A stretch of DNA of 64,000 bases, from contig OZ038378.1 of the NCBI GenBank assembly GCA_964036045.1, forward strand, positions 65,844,001 to 65,908,000. Direction: 5' to 3'. The notes under the pieces are model-generated. The model did not search any database and was not told the origin of the DNA. It saw only the letters and a program-made list of their open reading frames with translations. Each line of letters opens with the position of its first letter. Position 1 is the first letter of the stretch. Origin of the DNA: Eutreptiella sp. 'Long Island Sound 2002' (lineage: Eukaryota; Protista; Euglenida). Position numbers and translations under genes: made by a program. Shown here piece by piece: positions 22,001 through 35,420 of this stretch.

Positions 22001-25000
22001 CCCTGGAACCATGTTTGCATGAGTTGTGGTGATATGTGGCATGGTTTACAAGGTGTAAGCTATCACCACAGCCCTCCGAAACCATGTCTGCATGGGCTCC
22101 AATGATTTGTAGCATGGTCTACAACGAGTAGGTCATCACCACAGCCCTTGAAAACATGTGTGCAGGGGCTGCGGTGATATGTGGTACGGTGTACAAGGTG
22201 TAGGGTATCACCGCAGCCTGAAAACCATATTTGTAGGGGTTGCGGTGATATGTAGCATGGTCTACAAGGTGTAGGGTATTAGTACATCCCCTGAGACCAT
22301 GTTTGCATGGGCAGGAGTGTTGTGTTGGATGGTCTACAAGGTGCAAGTGATCACCGCAGCCCGAGAAACCATGTCTGCAGGGGCTACGGTGATATTCTAC
22401 ATTGGTTTACACGGTGGGCGGTATCATTGCACCCCTGAAGCCATATCCCCATTGTATGCGATATGTATGTTGGTCTACAAGGTGTAAGGGATCACCGCAC
22501 CCCCTCAAACCATGTCTGAATGCGCTGCACTGATATGTAGCATGCTCTACAGCATGTCGGGTATCACCGCGGCCCCTGGAACGTTGTCTCCATGGACTGC
22601 GGTGCCATGTCTGCAGGGGCTGCGGTGATCTATAGCATGGCCCACAAGGTGTAAGGGATCACCGCACCCCTAACGCCATATATCCATGGGACACTGTGAT
22701 AGGTAGCTTGCTTTGCAAGTTGTAGAGTATCACCGGAGCCCCTGAAACCAAATCTCCATGGGTTGTCGTGATAGGTATGATGGTTTACAGGGCTTAGCGT
22801 ATCACCGCGGCCCCTAAACGGATGTTTGCAATGGCTGCGGTGATATGTAGCATGCTCTACAAGGTGTAGCCTATCACCGCAGCCCGCGAAACCATGTGTG
22901 CAGGGGCTGCGGTGATATGTCGCATGGTCTCCAAGGTGTAAGCTATCACCGCCGCCCCCCCAACCATTTCCGCAGGGGTTACGGTGATATGTATGATGGT
23001 TTACAAGGTGTAGGGCATCACCGCAGCTGCTCAAACCATTTCTCCTTTTGCTGCGGAGATGTGTAGCATGGTCTATCACGTATACCCTTTTACCGCAGCC
23101 CTTGAAACCATGTCCCCATCCGCTACGGTAATATGTAGCATCGTCTGGAGGGTGTAAAGTATCACTGCAGCCCTTGAAACCATATGTGCATGTGTTGCGG
23201 TAATATGCATGATGGTGTATTAGGTATAAGGGATCACCACGGCCCCCAAAACCGTGTCTCCATGGGCTGGTGTGATGCGTAGCATGGTGTACTAGGTGTA
23301 GAGTATCAACGCGGCCTCTGAAACCATATCCTCATGGGCTCCGGTGATATGTGTCATGGTCTACACGGTGTATGGGATCCCCGTAGCCCCTGGAACCATG
23401 TCTGCATGAGTTGCGGTGATATGTAGCATGGTCTCCAAGGTGTAATCTACCACCACAGCCCCTCAAACCATGTATGCATGGGCTTCGGTACTATGTAGCA
23501 TGGTCTGCAACAAGTAGGGCATCGCCGCGGCCCCTAAACACATGTGTGCAGGGCTGCGGTGATACTTACCATGGTCTACACGGTGTATGCTATCAGCGTA
23601 GCCCCTGAAGCCATGTCTGCATGCATTGTGGTGCTATGTAACATGGTCCACAAGGTGCAAGGGATCATTGCAGCCTGTGAAATCACGTCTCCGTGGGCTG
23701 TGGTGATATGTAGCATGGTATACAGCCTGCAAGGTATCACCAAGGCCCCTGAAAGGATGTCCACATGGTCTGTGGTGATATGTAGCATTGTGTGCAATGT
23801 GTAGGGCAGTACCGCAGCCCCCGAAACCATGTCTCCATAGACTGCGGTCCTATGTAGCACAATTCACAACGTGTAAGGGATTACCGCAGCCCATGAAACC
23901 ATTTTTCCATGTGGTGCAGTGATATCTGCCATTGTCTACAAAGTGTAAGGGTTCACCACAGCCCTTCAAACCGTGTCTACATCCGCTTTGGTGATATTTA
24001 TGATGTTCTACAAGGTGTAGAGTACCAGCGCAGCCCCTGAACCCATATGTCCATCGGTTGCGGTGATAAGCGTGATGGTTTACAAGGTGTAGGGTATCAC
24101 CAGAGCCCGTGAACCCATGACTTCAGGGGCTGCGATGATATGTAGCCTGGTCGACAAGATGTAGACTATCACCGCAGCCCCCAAAACCATGTCTTCATGG
24201 GCTGCAGTGATATATAGCATGGTCTAGGTGTAAGGGATCACAGCAGCCCCTGCAACTATGTCTGGAGGGGCTGCACTGAAGTGTAGCATGGTCTTTTGGG
24301 TGTAAGGTACCACCACAGCCCCAGAAACCACGTTTGCATGGGCTGCGGTGAGATCTATGATGGTCTAGACGGTGTAAGGCAGCACCGCTCCCCGTGAAAC
24401 CATCTATGCAGGGGACCGTGGTGGTATTTGGCATCTCGGGGTGTAAGGTATCACCCTAGCCGCAGAATCCATGTCTCCATGGGCTGCGGGGATATGTATG
24501 ATGGTCTGCACCGTGTCCGGTATTACAGCAGCCCTTGAAACCATGTCTACGGGGGCTTCCGTGGTATGTAGCTTAAGTGATACGTATGATGGACTACGCG
24601 GTCTAATGGATCACCGCAGCCCGTGAAACCATGTGTCCATGGGCTGCTGTGATATGTAGCATGGTCTACAAGGTGTAGGGCATCACCGCAGCCGCTAAAA
24701 GCACGTCTGCGTTGGCTGCCGTGGTACGCATGTCGGTCTACAAGGTGTAAGGCATCACTGCAGCACTTAAAACCGAGATGCTTGTAGGGGCTGTGGTGAT
24801 TGCTTACACCTTGTAGAGCATGATATATAGTACCGCAGCCTATGTAGACATGGTTTCAAGGGCTGCGATGATACCGTATACCGTGTAGACCAATGTACCA
24901 TGATACATATCACTGCAGCGCATGCACCCATGGTTTAAGTGGTCACGGTGATGCCCTACACCCTGTAGATCACGCTACATATCACGGTAGCCGATGGAGA

Positions 25001-28000
25001 CCCTCCATCCGCGGCGGTAATCTGTAACATGGTCTAGAGGTTGTAAAGTATCAGTGCGGCCCCTGAAACCATGTCTGCATGTGTTTCGGTAATGTGTATG
25101 AAGATCTATCAGGTATAAGGGATCACCACAGCCTTTGAAACCGTGTCTCCATGGGCTGGTGTGATGCGTAGCATGGTCTACGGGGTGTAGAGTATCAACG
25201 CAGCCTTTGAGACCATATCTCCATGGGCACAAGTGACATGTGTCATGGTCTACAAGGTGTAAGGGATTCCCGTAGCCCCAGGAACCATGTCTGCATGAGT
25301 TGCGGTGATATGTAGCGAGGTCTACAAGGTGCAACGAATCGCCATAGCTCTTGAAGCCATGTCTCCATGGGCTGCGGTGATATGTAGCATGGTCTGCAAG
25401 GTGTAGGGTATTAGTGCTTCCGCTCACACCTTGTTTGAATGGGCTGCAATGTCCTTTTTGATGGTCTCCAAGGTGCAAGGGATCACCGCAGCTTTCGAAA
25501 CCATGTCTCAATGGGCTGTGGTGATATGCAGCATGGTATAAAGCGTGCAGGGTATCGGTGCAGCCCCTTAAAGGATGTCTTTATGGGTTGTGGTGATATG
25601 TAGCACGGTCCACAACGTGTAAGGGATGACGGTAGCCCCTGAAACCATTTCTCCACGTGCGCGAGTGATGTCTACCATTGTCTACAAAGTATAAGGGATT
25701 GCCACGGCCCTTGAAACCATGTCTCCATCGGCGGCGGTGATGTGTATGATGGCCTACAAGGTGTAGAGTACGAACGCAGCCCCTGAACCCATATGTCAAC
25801 GCGTGATGGCTTACACGGTGTAGGATATCACCGGAGCCCGTGAAACCCTGTCCTCAGGGGCTGTGGTGATATGTAGCACGGTCGACAAGATGTAGGCTAT
25901 CACCGCAGCCCCTCAAACCATGTCTTCATGGGCTGCGCCGCTGTGTATGATTCTCTACAAGGTATAATAGATGGCCACAGCCCTTGAAATTATGTCTACA
26001 TGGGCTGTAGTGCTTTGCGGCATGGTCTACAAGGTGTAGTGTATCACCGCAGCCCCTGAAACCATTTCTCCATGGGCTGCCGTGACTTGTAGGATACTCT
26101 ACATGATTTAGGGTATCATCGCAGCCCTTGAAACCATGTCTACATGGGCTGCGGTGATATGTAGCATGACCTACAAGGTATAGGGTATCACGGCAGCCCT
26201 TGAAACCATGTTTGCAGGGGCTGCAGTGATATGTAGCATCGTCGACAAGGTGTAGGGTATCACCGCAGCCCCTAAAACCATGTCTTCATGGGCTGTGGTG
26301 ATATGTATGATGGTCTACAAGGTATAACGGATCACCACACCCCTTGAAATCATATCTACATGGGCTGCAATGATTTGTAGCATGGTCTACAAGGTGTAGG
26401 GTATCACCGCAGACCCTGAAACCATGTCTACATGGGGTACAGTAATATGAATGATGGTCTACAAGTTGTAAGGGATCACCCCAAGCCCCTAAAACCATGT
26501 GTTCATGGGTTGCGGTGATATGTAACATGCTCTAGAAGGTGTAAAGTATCAATGTAGCCCCTATAACCATATCCTTAGGGGCTGTGGTGATATGTGTGAT
26601 GGTGTACAAGGTCTAAGGGATCAACGCAAACCCTGAAACCATGTCTCCATGGGGTGCAGTGATATGTAGCATGGTATACAGGGTGTACGGGATCACCGCA
26701 GCCCTTGAAACCACGTGTGCAGGGGATGCAGTGATATGTAGCATGGTCTACAAGGTGCAACGGGTTACCGCATCCCCCGAAACAATGTGTCCTTGGGCTG
26801 TGGTCATATGTCGCATGGTTTGCAAGATGTAGGGCATCACCGCGGCACCCGAAGCCATTTTTGCAAGGGGAAGCAGTGATATGTAGCATGCTCTACAAGG
26901 TGTTGGCTATCACCACAGCTCTTGAAACAGTGTTTGCAGGGGCTGCGGTGACATGTAGCATTGTCTACAAGGTGTAAGGGATCACCGCAGGCCGTCAAAC
27001 AATGTGTCCATGGGCAGCGGTGTTATGTAGCATGGTCTCCAAGGTGTAGGGTATTACCGTTGGCCTCGAAACCAGGTCTACACGGGCTGCGGTAATATGC
27101 ATGGTTGTCTCCAAGGTGTAAGGGATAACCACATCCCTTGAAACTGTGTCTTCATGGCTGCCGTGATATGTAGTATGGTATGCAAGGTGTAGGGTATCAT
27201 TGCAGCCCCTGAAGCCGTATCTCCATTGGATGCGGTGATATGTATGATGATCTAGAAGGTGTAAGGTAGCACCGTAGCCCTTGAAACCATGTCTACATGG
27301 ACTGCGGTAATACGTATGATGGTCTACACGGTGTAGGGTATGACTGCAGCCCCCAAAAACCATGTCACCATGGGCTGCACTGATATGTATGATGGTCTAC
27401 AAGGCAAAAGGGATCGCCACATCCTCTTCAACCGTGTCTCCATGGGTTGCGGTGATATGTGTGCTGGTTTACAAGGTGTAAGGGATAACCACAGCCCCGG
27501 AAACCATGCCTCCATGAGTTGCGGTGATATGTAGCATGGTATACGGGGTGTAGGGTATCACCGCGGCCCTTAAAACCATGTCTACCCGGGCTACGGTGAT
27601 ATGTAGCATGGTCTACCAGGTGTAAGGTATCACCGCAACCCCTCATCTGCTACGGTGAGATGTATGATTGTCTACAGCGTGTAAGGGATCACTGCAGCCC
27701 CTAAAACCAAGTCTCCATGGGCTGCGGAGATATGCAGCATGCGCTACAGGGTGAAGGGTGTCATTGCAGCCCCTATAAGCATGTCCCCATGGGCTGCGGT
27801 GAAATGTAGCATGGTCTACATGGTGTCGTGTGCCACCGTAGTCTTTGAAACCATGTCTCCATCGGCTGAGATTGTGATACGCGGCATGATCTACATAGTG
27901 TATGGTATCACTGCAGCACTTGCGACCATGTTTCCATTGGCTGTGGTGATATTTTTAATGATCTACACAAGGCAAGGTAATACCGCGGCCCCTCAAACCA

Positions 28001-28390
28001 TGTCTCCATGGGCTGCGGTGATATGTAGCACGGTATACAAGGTGAAGGCTGTCGCTGCAGCCCCTGAAGCCATGTGTGCAGGGGCTACGGTGATATGTAT
28101 GATGGTCTACAAGGTGTAGGATATCACCGCAGCCCCTGAGGTCATGTCTGCAAGGGTTGCCGTGGTATGTATGATGGTCCCGCAGCCCCTCACACCATGT
28201 CTCAATCGGCTGCGGTGCTATGCAGCTTGGTCTGCAGCCCTTGAACCCATGTCTACATTGGCTACGGTATTATGTATGATGGTCTACAAGGTGTAAGGGA
28301 TCACCACTGCCTTTGAAACCATGCTTCCATGGGCTGCACTGATATGTATGATGGCCTGTAAGGTATGAAGCATCACCACAGCCCCTGCAA
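19090..28390 (+). repeat. 72-bp hairpin satellite, variant A (about 9.3 kb) with higher-order duplications
   Basis: By-eye consensus gaaaccatgtctccatGGGCTGCGGTGATAtgtagcatggtctacaaggtgtagggTATCACCGCAGCCCct. The period of 72 was checked at 26130 and 26202. Each monomer has 14-bp inverted arms. Confidence 0.95.
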
Positions 28391-28699
28391 CATTGAAACG
28401 GTCCTTGGATTTAATTTTTGATTTTGATTTTTCCATTAATTTTGAAATATTCAAAATGAATGTTAGTATCAACCTCACAAAAATTAATTGTTTTTTTGCA
28501 AAAATGAACCCCCCTTAAAAATCCCTACAAATACACAACAAGACAAGGAATCCCTTTTTCATCCATTCTTGGCATCATTTTTGGCCATCATGGCCAGTTT
28601 TTGTACTGTGCCACAAATGGTGTCAGTTGTTGGCGTGTTATCAACAAGTTTTGTCACACTTCTTCGCACCCCTCTTTGGGGCCTCACAATTGTTGGGTT

Positions 28700-29880
28700 G
28701 GATGAGGGGTTGGGTAAGGGTTGGAGGTATTTTCTGCTTTGGGGTCAATCGGGAGGTTAGTCTTGGGGTCTGACCGGGGGTGAGTCTTGGAGTCAGTCAG
28801 GGGCGTGACCCGAAGGCTAGGAAGGGGGGGGGTGGTGGCTTTCCCGCCCGTGCGAAAACCCTCAAGGTGTTCATGGGCGGCCTTGGGGGGTGGGGAAGAG
28901 GAGGCTGTGGGCCACCTCATTGAGCGGGGTGTGGCCTGGGTGTTCCACCCACACAATGCTAGCCTTCTTGTGGCCAACACCGCGCACACTACCCACCTCC
29001 ACGCCCCGTGAGTACGGGACCCGGACCTTGGTGCCGACAATGGGGTCGTGGGCACCATCGGATTTGTCTTGGGGGCGGGCGGTGGCCTTTGTGGCCCGGG
29101 GGGGTGCTTGAGGGGGGGGGGGGGGCTTTCTTTTTTGAGGGCGGGAGGGCTCCATTTGATGTGAGTCATCCGACTCAAAATGCATTCCGAAGATTTTCTT
29201 CCCACTAGTTTTGCTTGCTTGGGGTTTGGAGGCTGGTGGTTTGGCCATGGGCGGGGGGGGGGGTTCTGTTCTTTCAACTCCTCCTCCCCCTCCCCCTCCC
29301 AATCACCGCCCACCATCCTTGCCCACACACCCTCATCCTCCGCCTCTATGTGCCCCACTTGTCCCATCTTGGCCCACTCCCCAGCCTTGCACTGCTTGGA
29401 GGCCACCCAGACCTCCGAGCACACCCTCCCCTGCTCCGAATCCCTCAATCCCGTTAGGATGGCCCACCCCAAGGCGGGGTCGGCCGCAAGGAGGCGGTGC
29501 AGGCTGCCAAGGGGTAGACCCTGTGCCCAGTCGCGGTCATGCTAGGAGATGCGCACCGGCCGCGCATCCCCGACGTTCACCACCACATCAACAATCTGTT
29601 AAAACAAAAAGAGGGAAAACGATTAATTTTTGCGACGTCTTTTCTACATTTTCGGAGTTAGTATTAACTGCTAATTTTAATATCTGCGCCGCCGATTGAA
29701 AAATTAGATGTTAACCTACAAAAATTAACCAAAACTGACGAAATATTACTAAGCAAGCAAGCAAGCAAGCATACCTCAAAACCTGTGGATGCCTGTGCAT
29801 GGGGGCTGTCCGGAAGTGCGTGGGGGCCATTGGGGCCTCCACGATATCCCCCATGATGTCGGCGGGAGTGGGGGGGAATT
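28700..29880 (-). pseudogene. Spliced degenerate ORF inside the transposon, with an acidic tract and a possible Tudor/SH3-like module
   Basis: A phase-0 GT-AG intron at 29774-29596 (gag|gtatgc...ttttaacag|att) joins ORF 29664..29936 to the frame of ORF 28684..29472. IVGTKVRVPYSRGVEVGSVRGV...IVWVEHPG is in ORF 28871..29302. Confidence 0.4.
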
Positions 29881-29899
29881 AACACAAAAACGAAAGCGA

Positions 29900-30712
29900 A
29901 ACGAAACGGCCGTATACACGCAGCTTTTTGTACCATATTGTTGCTAGCGCGGTCATGTCCCTATCCCTGCATACGCCCATCCGAATCACCCATAGATAGG
30001 CGGGTGTGGGGGGCCCGTGCACCATGGTTGAGGAGCCCAATGGATAGTTGGGTCCAACTTCCACCGGCGCACGGGTAAGCATCCCCCCGGAGGAGGAAAG
30101 TGAGCGGCCTCTTCCAATCGATGGTGTCCACAAGGGGTGGGCGCAATGGGATGTAGCGGGCCGAGGATTGTAGCGGCCAAGAGCGGCCGCTTGTAGGGGG
30201 CTCCGGCACGGATCTAGCGCAAGGGGCTTTACCAACTCCTTCCATGTGTCCGTGAAGTGGTCACGTGAAGGGATGGGTCGGGAGAACGGGAGGCCAGTGT
30301 AAGCGGCCCCCGGGCGCGCCATGAACTCCGAAACATGCCGGAAGCCGGACTTGGGCACATCCAAGTCCATAAGTAGCCCGATCAATTCAGGCGCCGGGAA
30401 GAGGATGGAGGCATAATGCTTGACGGGTTCAATTTGCTTGTTGCGGATGAGGGGGAGTTGGGCAACCTCCGTGGCCTCGTACCAACGGGCCTTGGCCAAA
30501 GGGGATGAGGCCACCCACTCACCAAGGGGCTGTGAGACCAAAGGGTCGTGCAAACTCTTGGCCCCAATGAAACGCATGCGGGTCATACTTAGCTCCAAAA
30601 TTGTGTCCCGAGAGAAAGGCATAACAAGAGCTACACAATAGAATAGGGTCGTTGCGAGTGGTGTGAGTAGGCGGACCGGGGAGAAGGACGTGGGCCTATG
30701 TAACCCCCCCAA
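29900..30712 (-). pseudogene. N-terminal core fragment of a third RAG1/Transib-like transposase
   Basis: LDVPKSGFRHV...PIPSRDHFTDTWKELVKPL resembles the RAG1 LSCSQY...LLP region. LTFLLRGDA (D 30081-30083) and YLWVIRMGVCRDRDMTAL resemble RAG1 PLCLMLADESDHETL. The second D, CxxC and E were not found. Confidence 0.4.
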
Positions 30713-33529
30713 GAGTATGGAACCCCTCTACCACCCCGTTGTGCACCATTTGACCAACCAAAAACCCTTAATGGGCACAGCACACGCACAAGCAAAGCGG
30801 TGCAAATGACCCAATTGGGTTAACGTGTTAATATTTGGCAAGTTAATTTTAAACCCCTTTCATATGTTAAAAACTAAAATTAGGCATGTTGGTTTTAACG
30901 TAGGTCTCTAGGGAAAGCCTAGATGTGTTGCCGTGTCTAAGTTTGACATCACTCCAATGCCTAACTATTCACCTCGCTCCACATGTGTTCCAGCCACAAT
31001 CAACCGCCACCCCTCCCTAGGCCGCAACCCTGGCTGCAACTTGCCTTCAAGAACCTGTCTTTCAATGCCCCCTCCTCCGCTCCCTCACAAATGCGTAGAA
31101 TTGATGCCACTGTCCCCACCAGTGCATGCATGTGCTAAGCACTGCATGCCATGTGCGGTTTCCGCCCGTTGAATTTGTTTCTCCGATTTTCTCCTTGCGT
31201 GGCTCCCCACAGGCGCCCATAGGGGCGGGTGCAAAGCCTCAACACTGAGTGTATGGACAAACCCCGCACCCTCCCCCCTTGAGACCCCCAAGGAAGACCC
31301 CCACCTCCCTTTACACCACCAACTTTGAGATCCATGCTCTGCTCTCGCACTACGGCCTTATATCAATTTCGCCCTTGCCTGTTTTCGCAAACTCCCTTTC
31401 TCTGCCGCTCTTTGCCAAGGACATCCTTTGCCAAGGATGTGTTGTGATGCCCGGCAGCGCTTCTCGTTGGGTTTCCTCGGTTACCAACATGATGTCCGCT
31501 GTGATCCATGGCGACCATATTTGCAAAGTTGTGCCTGCTTGCTTGATGTACATGATCGCGAGCGTCTCTGGTATCGTTGTGTATGGTAGTGGCCCACTAC
31601 GGTGGTTGTGGTTGCTCCCAAGTGTCGGAGCTGTGCGTCACCTAACCGTCTCCAGAACTACCATTTGGAGGAGTTTACATGTGCTCATCGATTTGGTGGT
31701 TTTGACGCCATCTCTCGGAACGCTTTGTGCAACTTTGCCCTAGTACCGAGCCATGCCGGCCTTTTTGGATGGAAAATGTGTCTCGCTCGCAGCATGTGCA
31801 ACATCGCCACCCAACTGCGGGCCTAGGCTCCTAGCATTTCTGAATGCTTGCCTGCTCTGCTCCTGGACCCGTTAAAAACGACACGCTCTTTTGTGTAGCG
31901 GACGGTGATTGCCCAATGCTCGAAGACCATATGCGATTCTGAGAGCGGTCATCACTTAGATTTCCCACTCAGCCGGCGCCTACAAGTGAGCATAGCCCCT
32001 TGAACCTTCCATAGTGGCCCACATTTTTGCTGCGGCATTGTTACTTTTCCGCTTGAACTGGTCGATGGCGTCCACAAGGACCCAATCCCCTTGGCATATT
32101 GTGTTGGGCACCCATACCCCACTGAGTAGTTTTTTGAGTGGCAGGTTGCTTGCAGTCGGCCGCACCAGGTGGAGGATTTGCTCTTCAAATGATTTGTGCC
32201 GTGTGATGCGCACCGCATACTTGCGGAGCTCTCTTCCGTACCCCTGGAGTGTATCATTGGAGAGCTCCAAGAGCGCAGATCCCATGTAAATTGTGGCGTA
32301 TCCGAGTGACACGCCATCCACAAACTCGTGCACAGTTGTGGCTATTTGCATTGCGTCATCTCTGTGTATTATGACCTCGCCCTCTATAGTGGCGTGCTCT
32401 CACACCGTTGTTGCTAAGGCGACAGCTTGTGGATCCCCTCCTTCGTCTCCTCCCTTGCATCATTGGATCCCGCAATCACTGACTTGCTGCGAGGGTGATG
32501 GGAGGTGGAGCTGAGTCTTTTGATCTAGACGGCTCCCCTGTACACACGTAGTGTGATCCAATGGTAGCACGAGTAGCACTTCATACACGATCTATGTTGC
32601 AATCGGATGTCTGGCGTTAACCAAGTCTCAGAGGGGGCAGGTGTTGACCCTTCCCTGGGCACCTTGTGCTTAGAGTATTACATTCTTCTTTCAGCACCTT
32701 GGAGGTGCAGGAAGGCTCTCCACAACCTTTTTGGGCAAAGTGACCACGTCCTAACCTCTCTAGCTGGTTTGGGGGTGCCCTATCTCTGCACGGGGTGACG
32801 GAGCCGAGGTTGAGTCTGGGCTGAGGAAGCCGGACATTGTCTGTTGAGCCCAGCAGCTAGGCAACCGAACATGGACAATTGGGTTGCTGCGGTGTTGTGA
32901 ACCTCGCATTTTGAGTAGCGTTCGAATGAAATCATGGCCTTTACAATCTTTGATGGGGGTTTCATGTTATTTTTGTTTGGGCTAGATTGCTTTTTACCAA
33001 AGGCAATAGAACGGTGCAACAAAAAAAAGAAGAGTGTTGATCTTGCCAATGACCATGCTGTGCCAGATGTGAGACGTCAGACATAGTGCCCACCACCAAG
33101 GTGGGATAACAAACAACCCTGAAGCCTTTACATTCCCATGCTTGTCTGAAGCATGTCATTTGCAATAAATCTGCATTTCCATGCATGCACCTTTTGCTGA
33201 GGTGTGCTTTGGCATTGGCACAGGGAGATGTACTTGTTGAGCAAGCATTCTCACAATTGATATGCTTGCTTGCTCCCCAATTGTTGCACATGAGCACAAA
33301 GTTGATGGGGCAAGGTTTGATTTTGGCTGTGGACAGTGTGCCATGGATAGAATACAAGTTCGATGGGTTTCGGGAAGACATGCCCACTAATGATGGTGTT
33401 GACGCAGCACATGTCCAGCACAGCATAATGCACAGCGTGCATGCTTGGAATTGGCACATGCTGGTCATGGTGCACAGAAGTCCAAGAGGAACACTGCTAC
33501 CACGCAAAATGACAAGAGACAGTGCGGTT

Positions 33530-33868
33530 GGAAAATTGCTCTGAGAGGGGCTGGGGGTTGTTAGAGCCCCCTAGACCCTGGGGTGCGGGGGTCCTTGAAA
33601 AGGGGGCTCTTCTGTCAGGGACCTAGATTTTGACCATTTTCGGGTAAAAGAACATTTACAAGGAATTTTCATCAAAAGGGGGGCAAATGGTGACTTTTCT
33701 GACTCTCCATGATGTGCTGATTCTAAAAATGCCATTTTCACGTCTTTTCTTTTTTTGGTCCCCGACCGGGTGGCCTGGAAATGCCCTGACAGGTGATCCC
33801 CAACCTCGGGGAGGGGGTCTTGAAAAAGGGGCTCTTCCCGACCCCCCCTACTCCTGGAGCAATTTTCC
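33530..33868. mobile_element. MITE-like element of about 340 bp
   Basis: Perfect 12-bp inverted termini GGAAAATTGCTC (33530-33541) and GAGCAATTTTCC (33857-33868), with looser complementarity inside them. No TSD was identified. Confidence 0.5.
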
Positions 33869-34286
33869 CCCAGCCCAGGGACAGAAGAAGAATCTCTCCG
33901 TCAACCTGCAATTTGTTGAACAGCTGCGTGACAGAGATGCCTGGGCTGGTCCAACGCCTTTGTGCATTGCTTGCATGATCCATCAGGAATTATCTAAACA
34001 CCACCAGGATGTACCAGCAAACATCCAGAAGCCTCCAGAAATGAACAGTAAGCGGATGGCTGGGTGGCCAACAGCCCCCCCCCCCCGTTACCATGGAGGT
34101 GGGAAGATTTTGGGTTGGTGGGATTTCCGCGAAACCTGGGTGTGTGGGTCCAGCAAGTAACTCCCCTTCCCCGGATGGATAAGCACATCCCTGTGACCGT
34201 TACCCTTTCGTTACTGGGAGAACCACCTCAAAAGGCGCACCCACGGCACAAGTACACCCCGAATGAGTCGCCCATGTTGACTTCAG

Positions 34287-34654
34287 ATCGTCGAGTACAA
34301 GGAGATGAACAAGGCATTGCAGGCGGAGTGGGCCGGATGGAAGCTTCCGGCAAGCGAGTTCTCGTATCGTGCAGTAACTCTGCAGTGGCTGAAGGATGAC
34401 CACTACGTGGCTGTGAAGGAGCGTGTGCAAGGCTGCAAGGAGACACTGGCAGAGCAGGCAGCGCAGGTGCGGGACCTGTGGGGCATGACCTGCTACGGCT
34501 TGGGATGGGACTCCACAAAGGGCGTGGGGTTTGAAATGAACGATGCATCCACTGCGTCCACATGCCAGACGCTGGTGGAGGAATACGGCTGCCTGCTCAG
34601 CATCATGCACTCGCTGGAGACCGGGGACGAGGCTGTGCAGCTGGAGTGCCTCAG
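34287..34654 (+). CDS. Internal exon of a host gene encoding an ARM-like helical protein with a probable TIR domain
   Basis: Acceptor ttgacttcag|atc at 34286 with an in-frame TGA just upstream. Donor ctcag|gtatgt at 34655 is phase 2 and matches the phase of the next exon. Confidence 0.8.
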
Positions 34655-35420
34655 GTATGTTGCAAAGGGAGGGTTTTGCATGTCGCGCAACAGCAAAAAA
34701 AGGGGAGCAGCCCACAAGGGTGTAACTGAATGTTTGTCTGTGCCCCCGGTACAAATGCAGTTGTCAAGTCACGCTGTGTCATGCTGAAGGAGGATGCTCT
34801 GGATCCAATGTCTGGAAGGCTGACCTTGTTTAACAGGAGCACATGACGCCGCACACACGCAATCAGGTCAGCTAGGGACAACCAGAGTGGAAAGCGAAGA
34901 GTGGAAAATGTGAAATCGTCCCCATGCCCGAGGTAACCATCTCCAACGGTGCACGCGCTACGCAAGCTCTCCCCCTGAGAGCCGCTCACCAAGCATCTAG
35001 AACCAGTTTACCTTGGGCACGAATCTTTCTCGCACAGGATTCACGTCTGGCGCCCTGCGCCGTCAGTGCGTTGATGAAGACAGTTGAGAAATTGAGTTTT
35101 TGTGGCCCAGAAAGACCTGCCTGACATGAGTTGTCACGTGTTTTGCAGTTTTGACGGGCCGCCCTGATCCGCTCATTTTGGTAGGGGCCCTGACAACACA
35201 GCGCTATCCCCTGCCGTAGTGCATCACCGAGCCCTGTAGCTTGAAAGGGAACACTGTGAGAGCTTTTGAGGAAGGGGCGTTTGGGGTCGTTTTCCGCTCA
35301 GTTGGTTGCTGCCGTGCTGCCGTCACTGGGCACTGGTAAGGGACAGGGAGGCGTTGAGAGCCGGTTGGGGCCTTGGACGTTCAATTTGTGCAGCTGCATC
35401 TCTCGCACGCATATACTCAG

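Larger units (their letters stand above)
28398..30913 (-). mobile_element. Degenerate DNA transposon with a CCCTAG-type terminus; its other end is lost at the satellite boundary
   Basis: Terminus 30889-30913 is the reverse complement (2 mismatches in 25) of CCCTAGGGACCTATGTTAAAACCAA at 38774. The AT-rich block 28398-28560 is homologous to 38982-39150. Confidence 0.6.

Noticed and set aside
35266-35420. N- and C-terminal extensions of ORF 35266..36390
   Set aside because: They lie beyond the inferred splice sites (35420 and 36118) and are intronic read-through.
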